Assembly (NCBI GenBank): GCA_965204805.1
Contig: CBDBFI010000002.1
Location: 78,309-142,308 of the forward strand
Length of the DNA: 64,000 nt
Direction: 5' to 3'
Source: Dehalococcoidia bacterium
GTDB taxonomy: Bacteria; Chloroflexota; Dehalococcoidia; Lucifugimonadales; UBA3495
Shown here: positions 1 to 11,164 of the stretch, piece after piece
How the letters are laid out: every line of letters starts with the position of its first letter
Numbering within the stretch: the first letter of the stretch is position 1
Program-made: the position numbers and the translations under genes
Notes under the pieces: model-generated
Told to the model about the DNA's origin: nothing
Database searches by the model: none
What the model saw: the letters and a program-made list of their open reading frames with translations, nothing else

Positions 1-28
1 CCATGGGATACCGGTAATCCAGACGACA

Positions 29-2719
29 GTGCAGGTCGCGCTGACGGAGCCGCCGCTTGCGCCGCGAGGGCAAAAGGTGGTCGAGGTGGATGCAGGAAGA
101 GACCGGGAACTGAAGTTCTACGTGTACGTTCCTCCCGGAGACCGGACCGGATATTTCGACGCGGGGGACCAGATTGAAATCACTTTGCCGGGATTCGACT
201 TGTCGCAGGCCGGGTTCGACACTGCGCTGGAACGAGAGCGCATCAGGATTTTAGGCAGCGAGCATGACGAAGACACTACTGACCCTGTAAATCCGGAACG
301 GGTTGATGTTATTGGGGACAGGCTGATTTTAACCATTCCCACTTCCCCCGCCATCACACATGGCGCAAACGAAGACTTGGTTATCACAATCGAAGAAGGG
401 ACCGGGATATTGACCCCGGAGATTCCCCAGGGGTTCGAAGACCCGGAAGATGGATACCCGGTCACAGTCACTATCGTTGACAGAGAACCCGAACAGCCAA
501 AGGCGAAGTTCGTGGACGATGAGCGGAACATAGTGGTGGTCAAGAACCCGGTCAGTTCTTCCGTTCCCAGCGCGAGGGTACGGGTCGAGCTGGTAACGTA
601 CGCGGAAGCCAACATTGGCAGCTCGGAAGAAATCCTGGTGGACTTCTCCGGCTCCTCAGCCGATTCGGAATTCACGGTGCCGTCCAACATTACCAACACC
701 AGGGTCACGATACAGCCCGACGGCCGGAGTTCCTTCAATCCATCGGAGGTGCTGGTGCAAGGGGCAAGGGTCGCCTTGATCGTTCCTGCAGGAACCAGTC
801 CCAAAGAGATACCGGAGGGTGAATTCACCATCGTCTTCAGCAACCTTGCAGGAATCAGAAACCCTTCCTCTGACGGCAACAGGGTAATCAGGGTCTCGTC
901 GTCCGCCGATGGAGACTTGCCCGACGAAATCACAGCAGTAATCAGCAGAAGGATAACCACCACCATTGCCCCGGTGGCAGGGCCGCGGGGGACTCAGATC
1001 AGTCTGACGGGCAGGGGTTACGCCCGGGGCACCGTTACGATATTTGAAGGTGATGACAATGTGATAGACGCCGGAGAGACTCTTGCTTCCGTCGCGACCA
1101 GAAACGGAGCATTCACGGTCACCCTGACCACAGGCGGGGCCCCGGGCGATCTTACTTACACGGTGAGGACCAAGGACAGTGAAGGAAAGGGGGAAGCTCT
1201 TGTATTCGTTATTAGCAGCGCGATGACCTTTGAGCCGGGTTTGGCCAGAGTCGGCTCGCCGTTGAGAATCACCCTATCGGACTGGCGGGACAGAGACCAG
1301 GAGGTGGCGGCCGTCGCCATCGCGGGGCAGCAGGCGTACGTTACACCAGTAAGGCAGTACGAGAATTGCTTCGAATACACCGGGGTGTACTGGGCTGACG
1401 GCCGGGACGTTGTTTCGCTGACAGTGATAGTGCCGCCCGCCGTTCCGCCTGGTGACCAGACCGTCTCGCTCTATGGACACTCGCAGCTGGAGCATATTGA
1501 CGAACTCGGAGAAGCAATTGCTGACCGGCCTTGGTGTGAGGATATTTCGGAAAGAGGAGCGCGGGTCAGCAGTAGCGTTACGGCCAGAATCAGGACCGGC
1601 GCGTCCGCCATCGCCAATGAGACTGTGCGGGTGGCACATCAGGAACTGGTGTTGTCACCGTCAACGGCGGCACGGGGTCAGCAGGTCACCATCACCGGGT
1701 CCGGTTTCTCCCGTACCAGAGGTGGAGGCAACCACATTGTTTCGGTCTCCATCGGAGGAATAAGGGTAGTTGAAGACCATTCCCAGATGCAGCTTGGCAG
1801 CGAAGGCGACTTCGCTTTTACGGTTACCGTCCCAGTGGATATCGCCGACGGCAGCAATGATGTTCACGTAGAGGGCCATGACGGCACCGTCGGGCAGGGG
1901 ACGCTAACTATTGCCGATGCAACTCTTACCCTCGATCCACCAGAGGGGCAGAGGGGCACGGACTTCAAGGTAACGGGCCGGGGCTTCATTGCCAGAGAGG
2001 TGGTGGTTTTGACCTATGGCCCTGAACACTCTCCATACGGAGAGGATATCGCATTGGCGGACGCCCAAGGAAATTTTGAACTGACTTTCACGGTGCCCCT
2101 GACCGCCAGGCTCGGAAGTAGCTACCAGGTCAGAGCCGTCTCAGATCCTGATGCCACTCAAACTGCCTCGACAGTGGATGCAGAGGCGAGACACCTGGTT
2201 CTCGGGGTTAACATCACGACGTCTCCCGAGCTTGTGTCGCCCGGCGAGCGCTTGACTATCCGTGCTCAGAACCTGCCGCCCTTGGCCCGGGTGGAGACGG
2301 TGAGTATCGAAGGCATCGAGGTTCTCGACAGGTCCGGTGTTGTCACCGATGAAAAGGGTTTCTTCGAGACGGACGTGCTGGTTCCCAACCTCGATTTCGG
2401 CGACAAGACCCTGCTGATTCGAGTAGCGGAGGTCATCGTTCCTCACACAATCAAAGTGGCTCCCCCGCCTCTCAGCGGGCCGCCGGACCAGGTGTTCAAG
2501 TATCTCATCAGGGACGGCGTCCTATTGGCCGTGTGGCACTACGATAATGCCACCCAGTCATGGAGTCTGTTCGACCCTTCGCTTTCCAAGGAGCTGGTTG
2601 AACTGAACGACCTGACCGAGGTCGGCAGCGGCGACATAGTCTGGCTCAACCTAAGCAAACCGGAATTATTCCAAGGGAAAGACCTGGCCGCCGGCTGGAA
2701 CCTGATATCACTGAAGTAG
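29..2719 (+). CDS. Large surface/S-layer-like protein with Ig-like beta-rich repeats; 5' end probably outside window
   Basis: 896-aa ORF, frame open to the window edge. Repeated 'L.L.P..G.RG...T.TG.GF' Ig/IPT-like units. C-terminal 'VWHYDNATQSWSLFDP...L.AGWNLI' domain recalled from Dehalococcoidia surface proteins. Confidence 0.65.
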   Translation: MQVALTEPPLAPRGQKVVEVDAGRDRELKFYVYVPPGDRTGYFDAGDQIEITLPGFDLSQAGFDTALERERIRILGSEHDEDTTDPVNPERVDVIGDRLILTIPTSPAITHGANEDLVITIEEGTGILTPEIPQGFEDPEDGYPVTVTIVDREPEQPKAKFVDDERNIVVVKNPVSSSVPSARVRVELVTYAEANIGSSEEILVDFSGSSADSEFTVPSNITNTRVTIQPDGRSSFNPSEVLVQGARVALIVPAGTSPKEIPEGEFTIVFSNLAGIRNPSSDGNRVIRVSSSADGDLPDEITAVISRRITTTIAPVAGPRGTQISLTGRGYARGTVTIFEGDDNVIDAGETLASVATRNGAFTVTLTTGGAPGDLTYTVRTKDSEGKGEALVFVISSAMTFEPGLARVGSPLRITLSDWRDRDQEVAAVAIAGQQAYVTPVRQYENCFEYTGVYWADGRDVVSLTVIVPPAVPPGDQTVSLYGHSQLEHIDELGEAIADRPWCEDISERGARVSSSVTARIRTGASAIANETVRVAHQELVLSPSTAARGQQVTITGSGFSRTRGGGNHIVSVSIGGIRVVEDHSQMQLGSEGDFAFTVTVPVDIADGSNDVHVEGHDGTVGQGTLTIADATLTLDPPEGQRGTDFKVTGRGFIAREVVVLTYGPEHSPYGEDIALADAQGNFELTFTVPLTARLGSSYQVRAVSDPDATQTASTVDAEARHLVLGVNITTSPELVSPGERLTIRAQNLPPLARVETVSIEGIEVLDRSGVVTDEKGFFETDVLVPNLDFGDKTLLIRVAEVIVPHTIKVAPPPLSGPPDQVFKYLIRDGVLLAVWHYDNATQSWSLFDPSLSKELVELNDLTEVGSGDIVWLNLSKPELFQGKDLAAGWNLISLK

Positions 2720-2732
2720 CGTCTACCGATAG

Positions 2733-3410
2733 TTAAACGCTGACCAACATTGCACAGGGCTCCGTCGGCCGCGATGCAACCTGCGTGAGCAACCCACGCA
2801 GGAAGGGGCTATCTCCCAAAGCCCGCAGGAATATCCCGCGGGCGCCGTTTATGTCCCGGTCCATGATGAAACCGCTTTCATACTGGACTACCGTCCGGCC
2901 GCCCAACTTGTCGTGAACACCACCGTCCCAGCTCTGGGTCTTGCTGGTGCAAGCCTCATTGACCTCCAACACCAAGGCTCCCCGTTGCCAGGCCTTCCAC
3001 TTCAAACGCTGTTTGAACTCGTAGTGCCGGAAGCTCAGCATCATCCTCGCCGTCTTGCTGCGTATCCTCCGTCCCGCACGGCGAGTCATGCCCTGAGTCT
3101 CGAAGGTCGGCAGCAGGATGGCCTTGTAGCTGCTGGTCAGCCAGCGGACGGCCTGCCAGTGGAGCTCGTCCACCAGGTTGACTATCTTCTGCCGCAGCCG
3201 TCCCTGCGCCAAGCGCCGGTCGATGTACTCGGTGTGTGGGTCCAGCTTCGATCCCCGTGGCGGCCTCGGTTTGGGGACGAGCGAATCCGGAGAGTTCAGA
3301 TACCTGAGCACCGTGTTACGGGCGAGACCCAGTTCCCTGGCAATGGCCCGGGCCGAGTGTCCCCGGCCGTGCATCGCGTAGATCTCTTTCACGTCTCCAC
3401 CTCTTAGCAC
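2733..3410 (-). pseudogene. Chimeric remnant: IS21 IstA N-terminal HTH fused in frame to the C-terminal part of an IS607 TnpB
   Basis: N-part 'GHSARAIARELGLARNTVLRYL...SKLDPH' is IstA-like. C-part 'LVDELHWQAVRWL...ILLPTFETQ...DRDINGARGIFLRAL' is nearly identical to the TnpB at 34118-35785. GTG start at 3410 follows GGAGG. IS607 right end ...TTAACTATCGG at 2726. Confidence 0.85.
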
Positions 3411-3461
3411 TCTTGCAGGCACCTCCGCGGAGTCTCCGCTGATGATGCCTTTGTTATCGAG

Positions 3462-3514
3462 GTGGCTCAATTCCAGTCCGTGATTTTTGGCTCAGTTTAA
3501 GCCCGTAACTGACA
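3462..3514 (-). mobile_element. IS21-family left end
   Basis: Minus strand reads TGTCAGTTACGGGCTTAAACTGAGCCA...AATTGAGCCACC: TG terminus with an internal TGAGCCA repeat, directly upstream of the istA fragment. Confidence 0.65.
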
Positions 3515-3546
3515 AATGATGCCGACGCTATGTCAGCTCATGGCCA

Positions 3547-3612
3547 ACCGTTGTAAAAATGGTTGATTAGTAACAGGACTACCGTCAACCAGATCTAAGC
3601 GAACAGCCGAAG
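3547..3612 (-). ncRNA. Putative right end / omegaRNA 3' part of the TnpB-related element
   Basis: Hairpin GGTTGA...TCAACC just after the tnpB stop, followed by TTTTTACAACGG (GG end as in IS607 elements). Boundary inferred. Confidence 0.4.
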
Positions 3613-5250
3613 CTATCCGCTCGCCGCCCCAACAGCACAAGGCGACTCCGTCCGGGACTCCCACCCGGAGACCCCGATCTGCTCACAGCCAGGACCACTC
3701 TCTCCCCGAGAAACAGCCCGGACCGGAGGAGGCACACCTGTATTCACCAGCGCGCCTCGCCGACGCCGCTCTGCAAGAGCCGGTCTCAACTTCCCCCAGA
3801 GCATTCCCCACAGCGCCCATACGTGCTTCACGCGCTTCCTCACGGGTGCGCGGAAGGCGACATGTCCGCCGTAACCATCAGGACACAGCCCATGGTCCGG
3901 AATGCCCTCGGAGCAGTTGAGCAAACGGCGGGCCAGCACCAAGGCCGCGGCCTGATCCACGCTGAGCCCGTACCGTTCCATGAATAACACCCGGCCCATC
4001 AACGAGCTGTAGGCCGGGTTGACCTCAACCACCTCCACTCCCTCACGGTAACCCCGGGAGAGGAAGTGAGTCTTGATACGACCGTAGGCAAAGGACGACA
4101 GCATCCGGCTGCGTCCAGGATGCTCCCCTTCAAGTTGAGCCTTCTTCTTGGAGAAATCCAGATTCTCAATCACCAGTGGCTTGCCCGCCGCACGGGCTAG
4201 GGCAACCACCTGCGCTACGGCGTCACCAACGAGAGCCTCAGCCTGCTTCTGCGATTTCCCATAGGTCACCAACGGCACAGTCAGGGACCTCAGCCAGTTG
4301 CCCGAATAATCGGTCTCACTCACCGCCAGGTGGTCAGCATTCACGTCCACGCCGATGGCGCCGAGACGCCTGCTCGTGACCACGGGCACCGGCTGGTGCC
4401 TCACCGAGGCAAACACCCGCCAGCCCTTGCCATCACGCTTGAACCGGTAGGAAATCGCCTGCCCTTCCTCACTATGAAGGGCAGCCAAAACCTGGGCGTG
4501 ACCGTTGTGGAAGTGGAGATCCTCCATCACCAAGTACTTGCCATGCCTTGCAACAAGATGGTCCGGCAATCGGAGCCTCAGGGTGATGCGGCCATCATCC
4601 TGCACCGTGGCCACGCACAACTGGCAACCAGCAGTTTCATCCTTGCTCCCCAAGACGAAGAACTCATCGCTGCGGGCAGCCCGCCAATCGCCAAGCCAGT
4701 CCTCATTACTGGAGTACCCGTTAGCCTCCAAGTGGTACTGCTTACGCCACAACTTCTTCGACCCGAAGCACAACCTCACCCGGCCTGAAGCCTTATCAGC
4801 AATAACAGAGGCCAAGCGGACAGTCAGAATGGACAGGCGCCGCTTCTTCTGATGCGCGACAGTGAGACTACCCCGCTCGATGGCCTGGGCAATCTGCGTC
4901 TCAGCACGCTTCATGCGAGTTTCAAGGCTCTTAATATAGCGGTCCATGCTCTCCCGGACCGCCGAAATCTTCCCTTCCAGCGATACCCTGAGAGAATTGA
5001 ACATCCTCGCCGGTATCCGGTACTCAACGAGGTACGCATTTTTCAGAGAGTTCAGAGACGCGCCAGCGCAGAACCGGGCGAAGAGACTGCGCTCAATATG
5101 GCCGAAGATCCCGGCATAGGCCGACAGAGCGGCATTACCCTCACCGAGGTCAACATCAGGGAAGGAACGGATGCGATCCTGATAGGTGAACTTCCAGTCG
5201 CCCATTTGGGCGGAGCCGGACTGATTCTTCTTTCTCTTGGCAGATGCCAT
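3613..5250 (-). CDS. tnpB: IS200/IS605/IS607 accessory TnpB-related RuvC nuclease (no adjacent tnpA)
   Basis: RuvC motifs GVDVNADH, VIENLDF, VNPAYSS, SVDQAAALVLARR; 'CFGSKKLW' and 'GSKDETAGCQ' are typical of this TnpB clade. Confidence 0.85.
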   Translation of the reverse strand: MASAKRKKNQSGSAQMGDWKFTYQDRIRSFPDVDLGEGNAALSAYAGIFGHIERSLFARFCAGASLNSLKNAYLVEYRIPARMFNSLRVSLEGKISAVRESMDRYIKSLETRMKRAETQIAQAIERGSLTVAHQKKRRLSILTVRLASVIADKASGRVRLCFGSKKLWRKQYHLEANGYSSNEDWLGDWRAARSDEFFVLGSKDETAGCQLCVATVQDDGRITLRLRLPDHLVARHGKYLVMEDLHFHNGHAQVLAALHSEEGQAISYRFKRDGKGWRVFASVRHQPVPVVTSRRLGAIGVDVNADHLAVSETDYSGNWLRSLTVPLVTYGKSQKQAEALVGDAVAQVVALARAAGKPLVIENLDFSKKKAQLEGEHPGRSRMLSSFAYGRIKTHFLSRGYREGVEVVEVNPAYSSLMGRVLFMERYGLSVDQAAALVLARRLLNCSEGIPDHGLCPDGYGGHVAFRAPVRKRVKHVWALWGMLWGKLRPALAERRRRGALVNTGVPPPVRAVSRGESGPGCEQIGVSGWESRTESPCAVGAASG

Positions 5251-5459
5251 AAGAACATATTAGCGTAAAAAATGCCCGCCACACCAGTGGAACAAGACCC
5301 GGTGCGAAGATAATGCGACGCGACTCTAAACAACCTCAGCATACGAAAGTCCACTATCCTGGCAACAGTTCCCAACCCTACGCCTTCCGACCCGTACAGA
5401 CCATCGCCCGCCCCTATGGCCAAGCTCCCTGACTTTGCAATTGTCCTGGCCCTCGAGCA

Positions 5460-5586
5460 GGCCTTTTCAAAGTGGCTCTGTTCGCTGACATCCACTCATC
5501 CTGGGCTTGTCGAAGGATTCCCCTTCAAGCTACCGATGGTTCGACAGGCTCACCGTGAGGTGGCGGGAAGAGACTTTGAAAAGGCC
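5460..5586. repeat. MITE/REP-like element with 14-bp terminal inverted repeats
   Basis: GGCCTTTTCAAAGT (5460-5473) and ACTTTGAAAAGGCC (5573-5586) enclose the REP-like pair GGGCTTGTCGAA / TTCGACAGGCTC. Confidence 0.6.
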
Positions 5587-5700
5587 CTGCCCCGAGCGTA
5601 CTTGGTTGACAAGCCAATCACCAAATGATACCTTGTCCCGTTTACTAAAATTCGTGCTTCCGGCGGTTCCTTGGCAATCCTTTACAGAGGAGTGGTTCCC

Positions 5701-7674
5701 TTGAAATCGTTGCCTTTTTGGAAATTATCCTTGCCCTTGCTTTTGGTAATTTTGATGTTGGGCCTGGTAGCCGCCTGCGGAAGCGAGGAGGAGACCACCG
5801 AAAGCCCGGCACCCACTGCGGCCCCAGCGGCGACTGCTCCGGCGGCAACGGCGACTCTGGCGCCGACCGTCGCTCCCGCGCGGACGGAGGCGCTCCCGAC
5901 CCAGGCACCATCGTCCCAGGGAACGACAACCCCCACTCCAAGGCCGACAGCCCGGGTTATTCCTACCGTGGCCCCCACCGAGGCAGTTGCGGAAGCCAAC
6001 AAGACATGGCCCGACGCTTACCCCAAGGCCGGCGAAAACGGCATCCCCGCCGACGTGGGGAAGTTCACGGTTGCCATGGACAGCTGGGGAAGCAGCGACC
6101 TTAACCCATGGGCCTTGACCGGTTCCAACTTCATGCATGACTACTACAACCTGCGCCTGATGATGCAGGACCCCAATGGCGTGCTGTCACCTGCCTGGGC
6201 TCTTTCTTTCGAGCAAACACTGGACGGCTTGACTTTCCAGCTCCATCCGGACGCCAGATTCCAGGATGGCTCGCCCGCGGACGCTCAGGCAGTCGCGGAC
6301 AACCTGTTCGGCTTCCGCGGCGATTTCGTTGAACAGGCCGGTTACGACGCTCCATTGTGGAACAGCGCCAGGGTGCAGGGGCTAGTCGCCGATGTTGAGG
6401 TCGTCAGCTCGACAGAGCTATTTGTCAAGACCAATGGTGGCAAGCCGACCTGGATGTGGTTCCTGGGCGGCAACGGTCACCACTTTTACTGGTACGGCAA
6501 TCCCAACCGGCTGCTGGAGGGCCCAGACGCCTACCTGGAAGATCCCGCTGGGGGCGGCCCCTTCTCCATCGCGGAGTGGGAACCCAATAACCGGGTCCTG
6601 TTTGACCGCTGGGACGATTTCTGGGCCGACTACGAACACTGGCACAAGCCCCAGTTCGGCCGGATGGAATTCCTGACGGTTTCCGAACCGGTGGCCAGGT
6701 TCGCCCTGCTGGCCAGCGACCAGGTGGACGCTGTCTACAATCTGCCGTGGGCATTGGCCAAAGAGCTGGACAAGTCCGAAGACTTGGGTATACGGGGAGC
6801 GAATCCCGGCCGCGGCGAGACCTGGACCCAGACCTCCCAGGCCAACGGCTCGCTGACAATGACCTTCGGGTGCCCTCTGCACCTCCGCGAGGCGGCCAAG
6901 CCGGCTGGACGGGTGGACAAGGACGGCGTCAGCATCCCTGAATGGACCACGCCCGACGTCTGCATAGGCCACCCGACGCTGGATGCCCGGGTGCGGCGCG
7001 CCCTGAACCTGGCGATAGACAAGGCCTCCGTTTCCGCCGGGCCACATTTCGGCTTCTCCAAGCCCATCGGCTCCATCTTCCACGCCGGTTCCTTCGGTTC
7101 CCGGCTGGACGCGCGGGTATACAACGTATCTGAGTTCGATCCCGAGGAAGCCAAGCGGCTGCTGACCGAGGCGGGCTACGCCGACGGCTTCGAGATGAGC
7201 GGCCATTTCGGACAGTTCGCCGGGCGCCCCGGCATTCCTGAGATGGCCGACGCCATATCCAGCTATTGGAACGATATCGGCGTGACAATGACCTGGCAGG
7301 AGCACGACCCGACGGACTACGTGCGCGGCTTCCGGGCAGGGATATTCTCCCAGGTTCCAGTGAACCTCCAGACCTGGGGCCGACATGACCACTCCGGCGT
7401 TCAGATAAACTGGTATCGCTCCACCAGTGGCTACGTCGGCATCTATAACGACCGGATAGAGGAACTGTATTGGGACGCCACAGGCGCGGAAACCCCCGAG
7501 GAGATGATTCCGTTTCTTCAAGAACTGGAAGACGAAGTCCTGGCAACGGAGGAGACCTTCCCGTTGTACAGCATGTCCCTCATCAACGCGTACACTGACC
7601 GGGTGGTTGCGCATCCCACCGTTGAGTTCACCCCTCACTTTAAGCACTACGACCTGGTGGTGCTGAGAGACTAG
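5701..7674 (+). CDS. ABC transporter substrate-binding lipoprotein, peptide/nickel family 5
   Basis: Lipobox LVAAC, Pro/Thr/Ala linker, 'FQDGSP', 'DARVRRALNLAIDK', 'FDPEEAKRLLTEAGYADGF'. TTG start after GAGGAG. Confidence 0.85.
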   Translation: MKSLPFWKLSLPLLLVILMLGLVAACGSEEETTESPAPTAAPAATAPAATATLAPTVAPARTEALPTQAPSSQGTTTPTPRPTARVIPTVAPTEAVAEANKTWPDAYPKAGENGIPADVGKFTVAMDSWGSSDLNPWALTGSNFMHDYYNLRLMMQDPNGVLSPAWALSFEQTLDGLTFQLHPDARFQDGSPADAQAVADNLFGFRGDFVEQAGYDAPLWNSARVQGLVADVEVVSSTELFVKTNGGKPTWMWFLGGNGHHFYWYGNPNRLLEGPDAYLEDPAGGGPFSIAEWEPNNRVLFDRWDDFWADYEHWHKPQFGRMEFLTVSEPVARFALLASDQVDAVYNLPWALAKELDKSEDLGIRGANPGRGETWTQTSQANGSLTMTFGCPLHLREAAKPAGRVDKDGVSIPEWTTPDVCIGHPTLDARVRRALNLAIDKASVSAGPHFGFSKPIGSIFHAGSFGSRLDARVYNVSEFDPEEAKRLLTEAGYADGFEMSGHFGQFAGRPGIPEMADAISSYWNDIGVTMTWQEHDPTDYVRGFRAGIFSQVPVNLQTWGRHDHSGVQINWYRSTSGYVGIYNDRIEELYWDATGAETPEEMIPFLQELEDEVLATEETFPLYSMSLINAYTDRVVAHPTVEFTPHFKHYDLVVLRD

Positions 7675-7712
7675 CGGCTCCACGGCGATGAGGCATCCTG
7701 CCTCAGGTCGGA

Positions 7713-8861
7713 TTACTCGACTTCATTGAAGCTGTCCAAGATGACAATTCTCTGCTGGCCGTATGTCGGCAGGTCGGCCTCGCAGATTCCCGCAGAGATT
7801 ATGAAACCGTATTCGCCAGGAGCATTCCATGAGGGAAGGGCATGTTCCACCACGTCGTACCTGCAATCCCCGGTCTTGGGTTGCCAAAGGAACTCCACGT
7901 ATTCGCAGTCGGGCCCGCAATTACCGCCACCCCGCCACCCATAATCGGCGTACGTCGGAGCCAGATCGCGCCTCTGATCTCTATGGCGGGCAGCGAAATC
8001 CCATCGCCCCTCACCGTCCTCAACAGCCACAATTGTGACGTTGATATAAGGCCGCCCCCCGGCGGAAGGCGCGCTGGTCATCCAGGCCCAGCTTCCTCCG
8101 CGCCTTATCTCGTACTTGTGCGTGTCGTCTCCGTGCTTAAACGTAATCTCCTGCACGGGCGGCAAAGGCGGGGGCCCTGATGTCGGCAGGGGCGTGATAG
8201 TCGGAGTGGAGGTTGGAGCCGCCGTTGCCACAGGCCGCGGTGTCGAAGTGGGAGCAAGCGTAGGGGTGGGAGTTGACGGGGGTGTTGGCGTCGCTGTGGG
8301 AAGCGGAGTGGGAGTGAATGTTGGCTGCGGGGCAGGAGTCTCCGTTGGCACAGGCGTATGGGTGGGCGTTGACGTTGGCGCAGGCGTATGAGTGAGCGTT
8401 GGCGGTGGCGGTGACGTCGGAATCGGCGTATGCGTAGGCAACGGAGATGGGGTGGGAGCGGGTGTGGGCGTAGGCGGATTGGGTGTGGGCGCCAGCGTCG
8501 GACTCGGCTGAGTGGTTGGCGCTAAAGCAGGCGGTGCAGGCGTGGGAACTGGTATCGGCAAGGGTTCTTCGAGGCCATCCTGGGGAAGAATCACGAACAG
8601 CAGCACTGCTGCCAGGCCCATAGCAGCAAGAGCGGCAACCGACTGGACTTTATGAGCCAGCGCATAGGAAAGGACCTGCCCTATTGGTCCGTGGGCTGGG
8701 GCGGCAGATCCGCAATAGACGCAGAAATTGACGGCGGGAGGGATGGTTCGCCGACATCCGGAGCACTGCCTGGGGCTCCCGTGTGTGCGGGAGGTTGATC
8801 CGCAATACACACAGAACCGGACCCCGCGAGGTATGCCCCGGTGACAATTGGCGCATATCAT
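7713..8861 (-). CDS. Double zinc-ribbon, single-TM protein with Pro/Thr linker and extracellular domain
   Basis: Two CxxC...FCxxCG ribbons, one hydrophobic helix, long PT repeats. Confidence 0.75.
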   Translation of the reverse strand: MICANCHRGIPRGVRFCVYCGSTSRTHGSPRQCSGCRRTIPPAVNFCVYCGSAAPAHGPIGQVLSYALAHKVQSVAALAAMGLAAVLLFVILPQDGLEEPLPIPVPTPAPPALAPTTQPSPTLAPTPNPPTPTPAPTPSPLPTHTPIPTSPPPPTLTHTPAPTSTPTHTPVPTETPAPQPTFTPTPLPTATPTPPSTPTPTLAPTSTPRPVATAAPTSTPTITPLPTSGPPPLPPVQEITFKHGDDTHKYEIRRGGSWAWMTSAPSAGGRPYINVTIVAVEDGEGRWDFAARHRDQRRDLAPTYADYGWRGGGNCGPDCEYVEFLWQPKTGDCRYDVVEHALPSWNAPGEYGFIISAGICEADLPTYGQQRIVILDSFNEVE

Positions 8862-8874
8862 TCTATCTATGGAA

Positions 8875-10458
8875 TCAGACTAACCGCCCACCGCACTGAG
8901 GACAGAAATTCCCCTTCGCCGGAATGCTCTGGCCGCAAAGGGAGCAGAAACGGTTGCTGGGGCGCAGCTCGGTAAAGCAACTTTCGCAATAAACCAGTTC
9001 ACCCAGGTTGTTCCTGCGGCATTGAGGATTGGGGCATTGCATCACTGCCGCTTTCAGCTCGTCGCGAAGGGTCTTCAACTCCGCTTGAACGGACTGGATG
9101 CTTTTTTCGGATTCCGCCCTGTCCAAATCGGACCGGCGCTCGGCCTCCTGCAACTCAGTTCGCATGGCTTGCAGCGCGTCCATTGTTCTGGGCAGCAGAT
9201 GCCAGTCTATGTAGGCACGGAGAATCGCCAAACCGTAAGTGGCCGTTCCTGACGTTGCCTTGTAGTCTTGGGCATGCCAGGAGTGGTTCTGCTCGAATTC
9301 GGCCAGCAGTTCTCGCAATTCAGGACGGCGGATCGTCCTTTCCTGGTGATTCCGCAACGTTATGATAATGTCCGGCTGGGATTGCTTGATTTCAAAGGAT
9401 ACGCCAGTGGACGTTTTCAGTTGTAGCTGGTTCAGGCCACGGCAAAACTCGAAGAAATCGGCCTGGTCGATTCTGACCTCAGGGACCTGTAGCCCCGGCT
9501 GGAAAGGCTGACGCAGCATATCTCGGTACGACAGCGGAGGAGTCCGGCTCGGAGGAGGCTGGGTAGGCGCAGGATTCAGGATGCTTTCCAGATCCGGCGC
9601 ATAATCCACGGGGCGGGAGCAGCACTCTTCCAAGTAGGCCGCCAATTGGCGAACATCGGCATCAGGGCTGTTCCGCAAAGCTTGGAAGCAATTGGAATTT
9701 CTCGGGTTCTGGTAGTCGCTCTTCTTGAAGATCAGGTTGTCTTCGTTGTTGAATTCATTCCACAAGCCAGGGTCGGCGGCGAGGGCCAGCAAGCTGACAT
9801 AGATGACCAGAGCCGGAAAGTTATCCACGTATCCGTCATAGTCCTTGTCCGTCCGCCCCGGGTGCTGAAAGTTCTGATGTCCGATTTCCGGGCTGGCCTG
9901 CCCCCGGTACTGGGGCAGGAATATACCGTCGTAATCCACCAGCCGGATGAAGCCGTCATTCCTCACCATGATGTTGCCATGCTGCAAATCGTTGTGGGCG
10001 ATGTCGCGCCCTTGCAGTTCTTTGGCTGTTTCGCGCCATCTGTCCGCCAGCACCCTCATCGCGGGCGGGTCGGACAAAGATTCTCTCACGCGGACATTCA
10101 GCGAATCCCCGTCGACCCATTCCATTTTTACGATTGGATACCACTGTCCCCTGACCCTTATGCCGTGGCTCCTGTACTCGAACTCGACGAAGCCAGGCGG
10201 TCTTTCTCGCTTTAGATATTCACTCATTTGGTTGTAGCGTTCTTGCTGGTCCTTGACCGCACGCGTGAAACACCTCACTGCGTGCTTGCCCTGTCTGCTA
10301 ACTACAGGGTATACCGAGGCGAAATTGCCGGACCAGACCATTGGCCGGCCGTTGCGGGGATGAAACACGGGGCGTCCCTCCTCCAGGTCCGAACCGGAGA
10401 AGCACAGCTTGGGAGTAGCGATGGCGTCAGTAAAGTCTGTTATGGACGGCCACGGCAT
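8875..10458 (-). CDS. Protein kinase-like protein with C-terminal coiled coil and double zinc ribbon
   Basis: SGNFASVY loop, HNDLQHGN catalytic loop, [12 protein letters not shown]; C-terminal CxxC clusters. Confidence 0.8.
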   Translation of the reverse strand: MPWPSITDFTDAIATPKLCFSGSDLEEGRPVFHPRNGRPMVWSGNFASVYPVVSRQGKHAVRCFTRAVKDQQERYNQMSEYLKRERPPGFVEFEYRSHGIRVRGQWYPIVKMEWVDGDSLNVRVRESLSDPPAMRVLADRWRETAKELQGRDIAHNDLQHGNIMVRNDGFIRLVDYDGIFLPQYRGQASPEIGHQNFQHPGRTDKDYDGYVDNFPALVIYVSLLALAADPGLWNEFNNEDNLIFKKSDYQNPRNSNCFQALRNSPDADVRQLAAYLEECCSRPVDYAPDLESILNPAPTQPPPSRTPPLSYRDMLRQPFQPGLQVPEVRIDQADFFEFCRGLNQLQLKTSTGVSFEIKQSQPDIIITLRNHQERTIRRPELRELLAEFEQNHSWHAQDYKATSGTATYGLAILRAYIDWHLLPRTMDALQAMRTELQEAERRSDLDRAESEKSIQSVQAELKTLRDELKAAVMQCPNPQCRRNNLGELVYCESCFTELRPSNRFCSLCGQSIPAKGNFCPQCGGRLV

Positions 10459-10480
10459 AGAGCAATCTCCGAGGAAGTAC

Positions 10481-11137
10481 TAAAAAATTATCTCAAAGCG
10501 GGAGGGATTGAAAGAGAGAGGGAAAATCCGGTTGGGTTAGGATGATGGGAAATCTGGTGAGGCAGTGGATGATGACGGGAAATAGCGAGACTTTGGCAAC
10601 GATCTGGGAGGCTCCGGACCATTTGTGGGAACGGATTCACCCGGTCATTCTGGAGATGGACTCGCCCAAGGCTACGGGACGGAAGCGGGTTCATCCGAGG
10701 AGAATCCTGGACGCCATCATATTCCGCATGCGCACCGGCTGCCACTGGAACCGGCTGCCACTGGAACTGGGACACGACATCAAGCTGCTGGACATGACCC
10801 TGGATGGCATAGTGGTGGAGCGTCCTGAAACCGGGGCCTGGCATCTGTGCCTAAACAAGGGATACGACAATCCAACGGGCCACGAGGCCGTGGCGGCTCA
10901 CGAGTACCGAAGCACATCCGGCGGATAGGAGAGGAGAAGCTGGACGACACCGGAGTGAAACGCCGTCTGGCCCGCCGGTGGGTGGTCGAGCGCACCTTGG
11001 CCTGGCTGTCCAAGTGCCGAGCGATCCTGGAGCGGTACGACAAGAAGGCGTCCAACTACATCGGGCTGATCCAGCTGGCCTGCGCACCAATCTGGTACCG
11101 GAGGCAACGGCGACTCAGGATTTTGAGATAGTTGCTA
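10481..11137 (+). pseudogene. IS5-family transposase remnant with internal deletion and frameshift
   Basis: 'PDHLWERI...GRKR...ILDAIIFRMRTGCHWNRLP' and 'RRWVVERTLAWLSKCRAILERYDK'; imperfect IRs ATTATCTCAAA / TTTGAGATAGT. Confidence 0.8.
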
Positions 11138-11164
11138 ACAGAACTGAAGCTGATTTAGCAGGCA

